33,637 nt of DNA, from the NCBI GenBank assembly GCA_044236265.1, contig JBIIGV010000017.1, positions 1 to 33,637 on the forward strand, written 5' to 3'. Position 1 is the stretch's first letter. Each line of letters starts with the position of its first letter. This stretch comes from Oligoflexales bacterium. Lineage in GTDB: Bacteria; Bdellovibrionota_B; Oligoflexia; Oligoflexales; RGVZ01. This document shows positions 29,328 to 33,637 of this stretch, piece after piece. The notes under the pieces were generated by a model, which worked only from the letters and a program-made list of their open reading frames with translations, made no database searches and was not told where the DNA came from. The translations under genes and the position numbers were made by a program.

Positions 29328-29366
29328 ATTAAAACCTCAGTCGAAAATCTATGCCGCTCAAGGATT

Positions 29367-30467
29367 TTAGCCCTGGCGTCGGTCATCCCAAGTTTTTGCC
29401 CAATTTAGGGCATCACTTATTCCCTGTTCAATGGACAGTTCAGAGCTCCAACCAATATGGCTCGCTGCGAGCGCACAGCTAGCAAAACTTCCTGCCACGT
29501 CTCCAGGTCTTGGCCCAGCTTCTTTCTTGTTGATCGGACGACCATTCACTTTTTCAAATGCACTCACCAACTCTCGCACGGTCACGCCGCGTCCGGTGCC
29601 AAGGTTCATGACCATATAAGAGTCTTTTTTGGATGACTGATCTGAGTTTTTGGAAAAGGCCTGATCAAAATTCTCAATGGCCTTTACGTGGGCGCGCGCC
29701 AAATCCCAGACATGAATATAATCCCTGATACCACTCCCGTCCCGAGTCGGCCAATTAGTCCCCGTAATTTCGAAAGTCGGTTCCTTGCCTAACGATACGC
29801 TTACCATACGCCCCAAGACATGGGTTGGTGACTTCACATAGGCACCAGTTCTCATCTTCGGATCCGCACCAATCGGATTGAAGTACCGCAAGGCAATACC
29901 CCTCATGCCGTAAGCTTCGCAAAAATCACGAAGCACCATCTCCATCATAAACTTTGTGCGCGCATATGGACTGGAAGGCTTTAGCGGAGATGTTTCTGTC
30001 ACCATAAAACCATCTACGACATCATAGATTGCCGCTGACGAACTAAAGACAATCCTTTGGCACCCAACGTCACGTAGACCTGCAAACAAATCTACGGATT
30101 TTGATACATTTTCACGATAATACTCTTCTGGAGATGTGACGCTTTCAGGCACTACAATAAGCGCTGCACAGTGAATCGCTCCAAACAATGGTCCATGTTT
30201 TTGAATTATGTTTTTTAAAAGAGATCTGTCGGCGATGTCGCCTTGGTAAAATATACGACCTTCAGTGAATTCTTTACGACCCTGACAAAGATTATCGAGA
30301 ATGATCGGCGTCCAACCAGCATCCAATAATGCTGAGCAAACGGTTGCGCCGATGTAGCCGGCTCCGCCGGTAACTAACACGTTTCCAAAAGACTTTGCTT
30401 TATCTGCTGACCCTGAAGTCAAAGGCACCTTCCAAGCCATTGCCATGGCTGCTTTATTTATACTCAA
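29367..30467 (-). CDS. galE: UDP-glucose 4-epimerase
   Basis: VLVTGGAGYIG, FSSSAAIY, YARTK (YxxxK), LRYFNPIGA, TRDGSGIRDYIHVWDLA, RPGD. Start uncertain (~27-aa N-terminal extension). Confidence 0.92.
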   Translation of the reverse strand: MSINKAAMAMAWKVPLTSGSADKAKSFGNVLVTGGAGYIGATVCSALLDAGWTPIILDNLCQGRKEFTEGRIFYQGDIADRSLLKNIIQKHGPLFGAIHCAALIVVPESVTSPEEYYRENVSKSVDLFAGLRDVGCQRIVFSSSAAIYDVVDGFMVTETSPLKPSSPYARTKFMMEMVLRDFCEAYGMRGIALRYFNPIGADPKMRTGAYVKSPTHVLGRMVSVSLGKEPTFEITGTNWPTRDGSGIRDYIHVWDLARAHVKAIENFDQAFSKNSDQSSKKDSYMVMNLGTGRGVTVRELVSAFEKVNGRPINKKEAGPRPGDVAGSFASCALAASHIGWSSELSIEQGISDALNWAKTWDDRRQG

Positions 30468-30634
30468 CCTATCGTTGTAGAATGCCTTTGCAGGGGATGT
30501 AAGTCAAAATAAATACCGTACGTTAGATCCTATAGCTTTATAGGGCGGCCCAGCTTGCCCAAGGCGGTCTTTTGCAATAAAATCAATCCTCTTAAGACTC
30601 CCATTGATGATTATTGATATTGCTGAGGTGACCC

Positions 30635-32920
30635 GTGAGCACTGACTATGAAAAACTCGCACTTGAATACCACGCGCGGGAACCTCGCGGAAAAATCTTC
30701 ACAGGCCTTTCCAAACCTGTCTCAAGCCAAAAGGATTTGGCTATTGCTTACTCACCAGGAGTTGCAGGCCCTTGCCGCGAAATCGCAAAAAACGCGGCGC
30801 TCTCGTTCGAGTACACAGGCCGTGCAAACTTGGTTGGCGTTATTTCCAACGGAACAGCAGTCCTTGGTCTCGGCGATATCGGCCCAGAGGCATCAAAACC
30901 TGTCATGGAAGGTAAAGCTGTTTTATTTAAAAAATTTGCCGATATTGACGTCTTTGATATCGAAGTTAATGCCAAAGATCCCGATGCATTCATTACAGCA
31001 GTGCAAGCTTTAGAGCCGACCTTCGGTGGCATCAACCTCGAAGACATCAAGGCTCCCGAGTGCTTCTACATCGAAGAAGAGCTTCGCAAGCGCATGAAGA
31101 TCCCCGTCTTCCATGACGACCAGCACGGTACATCAATTATTGCTGGTGCAGCATTTTTGAATGCGCTGGAAATCACGGGGCGAAAAATTAGCGACGTCAA
31201 AGTCGTATTCAGCGGCGGCGGTGCTGCCGCAGTGGCTTGCGCTAATTTGTTTCTCTCCTTGGGCGTCCGCAGGGAAAACCTCATCATGTGCGACAGTAAA
31301 GGCGTTATTTACGCAGGTCGCAGAGATGGGATGAACAAATATAAAGAAAAATTTGCTTTAGAGACAAACCTCCGCACCCTTGACGAGGCGCTAAAAGGAG
31401 CTGACGCTTTCGTTGGTGTTTCCGCCGCCGGTGTTTTAAAGCCTTCGATGATTATGCCTATGGCACCGAATCCCATTATTTTTGCATTAGCAAATCCTGA
31501 TCCCGAAATTCTTCCAGATGATGCCCTGAAAGCGCGGCCTGACTGCATCATGGCGACTGGTCGCAGCGATTTTCCGAATCAAGTTAACAATGTCTTGGGC
31601 TTCCCATTCATCTTCCGTGGGGCCTTAGACGTTCAGGCGACGACCATTAACGAGGAAATGAAGATGGCCGCCGTGCGTGCGATCGCGCAGCTCGCCAAAG
31701 AGGACGTTCCCGAGCAGGTCTTACGCGCATACAACACGGCCGAGGGGTACCGCTTTGGAAAAGACTACTTGATTCCAAAACCTATGGATCCGCGCGTTTT
31801 GCTCTATGTAGCTCCCGCTGTGGCTGAGGCAGCCATGAAATCGGGTGTGGCGCGCAAAGAAGTCAACATTGACCAATACACGCAGCATATTGAACGAATC
31901 CTCGGACCAACTAAGCGACTTATCCGTAAGATGCGCAACAACATTGCAAGCTGGTCGCGAAAATCAGGAAAGAAACCGCGCATCGTTCTGATCCATGGGC
32001 ACGATGACCGCGTGATCAAAGCGGCAGCTCAGATGGACTACGAGGGCGACGTCACGCCAGTGCTGCTGGGTAACCCTGATGAAATTGTCGCAAAGGCCGA
32101 AACTCTCGGTATCCACGATTTTGCCAAAAAGGCGACGATCATCGACCCTCATAGCGATGATCGTCTCAATACATTTTCTGATGAAATTTACTCTATGAGA
32201 CAACGCAAAGGCGTCACTCGTTCCGCAGCGCAGCAAATGCTGAGAAATAACAACTACTTTGGCTGTATGCTTCTTCGCAGCGGGGCTGTCGAGGGACTCA
32301 TTGGCGGTGTCGTTGAGCCCTACGTAAACGGCCTTGTGCCCATTATGGAAGTTATTCGGACAAAACCAGGCCGTATCATGAACGGTCTTTACATGTTTTC
32401 TTGGAATAAAAGAATGTACTTTCTGTCAGACTGCACAGTCTGTGTGGAGCCATCAGCAGAAGAATTGGCTGATATTGCATTCAATACTGCTAACTTTGCG
32501 AAACAGTATACCGATGCCACGATTCGAGTCGCGATGCTAAGCTTTTCAAGCTTTGGTAGCAATCGCCACGAGAAAAGTCAGCGCGTTGCCGATGCCGTCA
32601 AAATTCTTCATGAGCGTAACGTCGACTTTATTTTTGATGGAGAGATTCAGGCGGACGTGGCACTGAACGAAAAACTTCAGGAGCGGGACTTTCCTTTCTG
32701 CCAACTCAAAGGACAGGCAAACGTTTTGATTTTCCCGGATCTAACCAGCGCAAACATTGCTTATAAGCTGTTCTCGGCGATCTCGGGTAGCACAGGAATT
32801 GGACCCGTGTTGCTTGGACCACAACTTCCAGCGTCTGTCATGGAGCGCGGAACAAACACAGAAGATCTGTGCAATATGATCTACATGATTGCCAACCGGT
32901 ACGTTCAAAATCAAAAATAA
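30635..32920 (+). CDS. maeB: NADP-dependent malic enzyme with C-terminal PTA-like domain
   Basis: [60 protein letters not shown], then PTA-like [25 protein letters not shown]; 761 aa. Confidence 0.97.
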   Translation: MSTDYEKLALEYHAREPRGKIFTGLSKPVSSQKDLAIAYSPGVAGPCREIAKNAALSFEYTGRANLVGVISNGTAVLGLGDIGPEASKPVMEGKAVLFKKFADIDVFDIEVNAKDPDAFITAVQALEPTFGGINLEDIKAPECFYIEEELRKRMKIPVFHDDQHGTSIIAGAAFLNALEITGRKISDVKVVFSGGGAAAVACANLFLSLGVRRENLIMCDSKGVIYAGRRDGMNKYKEKFALETNLRTLDEALKGADAFVGVSAAGVLKPSMIMPMAPNPIIFALANPDPEILPDDALKARPDCIMATGRSDFPNQVNNVLGFPFIFRGALDVQATTINEEMKMAAVRAIAQLAKEDVPEQVLRAYNTAEGYRFGKDYLIPKPMDPRVLLYVAPAVAEAAMKSGVARKEVNIDQYTQHIERILGPTKRLIRKMRNNIASWSRKSGKKPRIVLIHGHDDRVIKAAAQMDYEGDVTPVLLGNPDEIVAKAETLGIHDFAKKATIIDPHSDDRLNTFSDEIYSMRQRKGVTRSAAQQMLRNNNYFGCMLLRSGAVEGLIGGVVEPYVNGLVPIMEVIRTKPGRIMNGLYMFSWNKRMYFLSDCTVCVEPSAEELADIAFNTANFAKQYTDATIRVAMLSFSSFGSNRHEKSQRVADAVKILHERNVDFIFDGEIQADVALNEKLQERDFPFCQLKGQANVLIFPDLTSANIAYKLFSAISGSTGIGPVLLGPQLPASVMERGTNTEDLCNMIYMIANRYVQNQK

Positions 32921-32923
32921 ACG

Positions 32924-33637
32924 CTATTTTTGAACAACAAGAGCGATACCGAATACGGCCACAATCATAGAGATGATCTGCCCAGAGTTAAGGATTTCTC
33001 CAAGAAAGATCCAACCAAACAGGGCGGAGCTTACGGGTGCCCACAATAAAATTAATGCTGATTGCCCTGCCGGTAGCACAGACAGTGAGCTGGCGACCAG
33101 CCCCTGACCAAACACCTGGCTAATCAAGCCCAGACATAAAGCCCATACCCAGCCTAAAGCTCCCTGGGGGATAAACGAAGGTCCGCTAACGACCGTAACA
33201 GCACCCAGGATCAATGCACTAATAGAAGATGCAAGTAACATCAGAACTCGAGATGAATATCGTGTAGCCAACGATTTGATAGCCAGAATGTAGCCCGTGT
33301 AAAAAAACGCCGTCAAGAAGGCGAGTAATTCGCCGATGAATTCTTGATGGGACAGCGCGCCGTCAGTCGACGCTTGTTTTGACTTAAGATACGTCAGCCC
33401 AATAAATCCAACAAAAGCCAAAAGACCACCATAAACGACATTGGTCCTTAACCTTTCACGAAAAAAAACAATTCCGGTAATGGGTACAAAAACCGCAGAA
33501 AAATTTGCGATAATCGAACTCACCCCAACGGACGTATAAAGAAATGACGTGTGCCACGCGACCAAGTCTGCTGCAAATAAAAATCCAGCGAGCAATACGA
33601 TGACGAAGGAGTTTGACATGATCCGCAAAACTTCAGA
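32924..33637 (-). CDS. DMT/EamA family transporter (5' end outside the window)
   Basis: GFLFAADLVAWHTS, FFRERL, GELLAFLTAFFYTGY, QVFGQGL, GWIFLGE; frame is open to the window end. Confidence 0.92.
   Translation of the reverse strand, partial: SEVLRIMSNSFVIVLLAGFLFAADLVAWHTSFLYTSVGVSSIIANFSAVFVPITGIVFFRERLRTNVVYGGLLAFVGFIGLTYLKSKQASTDGALSHQEFIGELLAFLTAFFYTGYILAIKSLATRYSSRVLMLLASSISALILGAVTVVSGPSFIPQGALGWVWALCLGLISQVFGQGLVASSLSVLPAGQSALILLWAPVSSALFGWIFLGEILNSGQIISMIVAVFGIALVVQK

Overview
33.6-kb bacterial chromosomal segment that is gene-dense and mostly housekeeping. I found no rRNA, tRNA, CRISPR array, transposase or integrase. Several genes (MaeB, a DUF6178-like gene pair, a STAS/Zn-ribbon protein beside a PAS-GGDEF cyclase, small Cys-pair lipoproteins, a divergent Tad-like secretin) suggest a Bdellovibrionota/Oligoflexia-type or other former deltaproteobacterial host, which is an inference. 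Order: btpA-family gene (truncated), DODA-type dioxygenase, prfC, MFS transporter, hypothetical, purK-purE, phoU, Nfu-domain protein + mnmH(selU) converging on selD, a 4-gene Tad/secretin-like cassette, three paralogous lipoproteins, an Ig/FecR-like/TPR/beta-barrel protein, coaD, rsmD, speA, STAS-Zn ribbon + diguanylate cyclase, hypothetical + DUF6178-like, polyprenyl synthase, M16 peptidase, AI-2E transporter, fghA-frmA, hypothetical, galE, maeB and a DMT transporter (truncated). The least explained part is the envelope block at about 10.7-16.5 kb (mini-secretin cassette, lipoprotein triplet, TPR-barrel protein). The selenium module at 8.0-10.5 kb, with its unusual Nfu fusion, comes next. All family calls come from motif recognition by eye, with no database searches.
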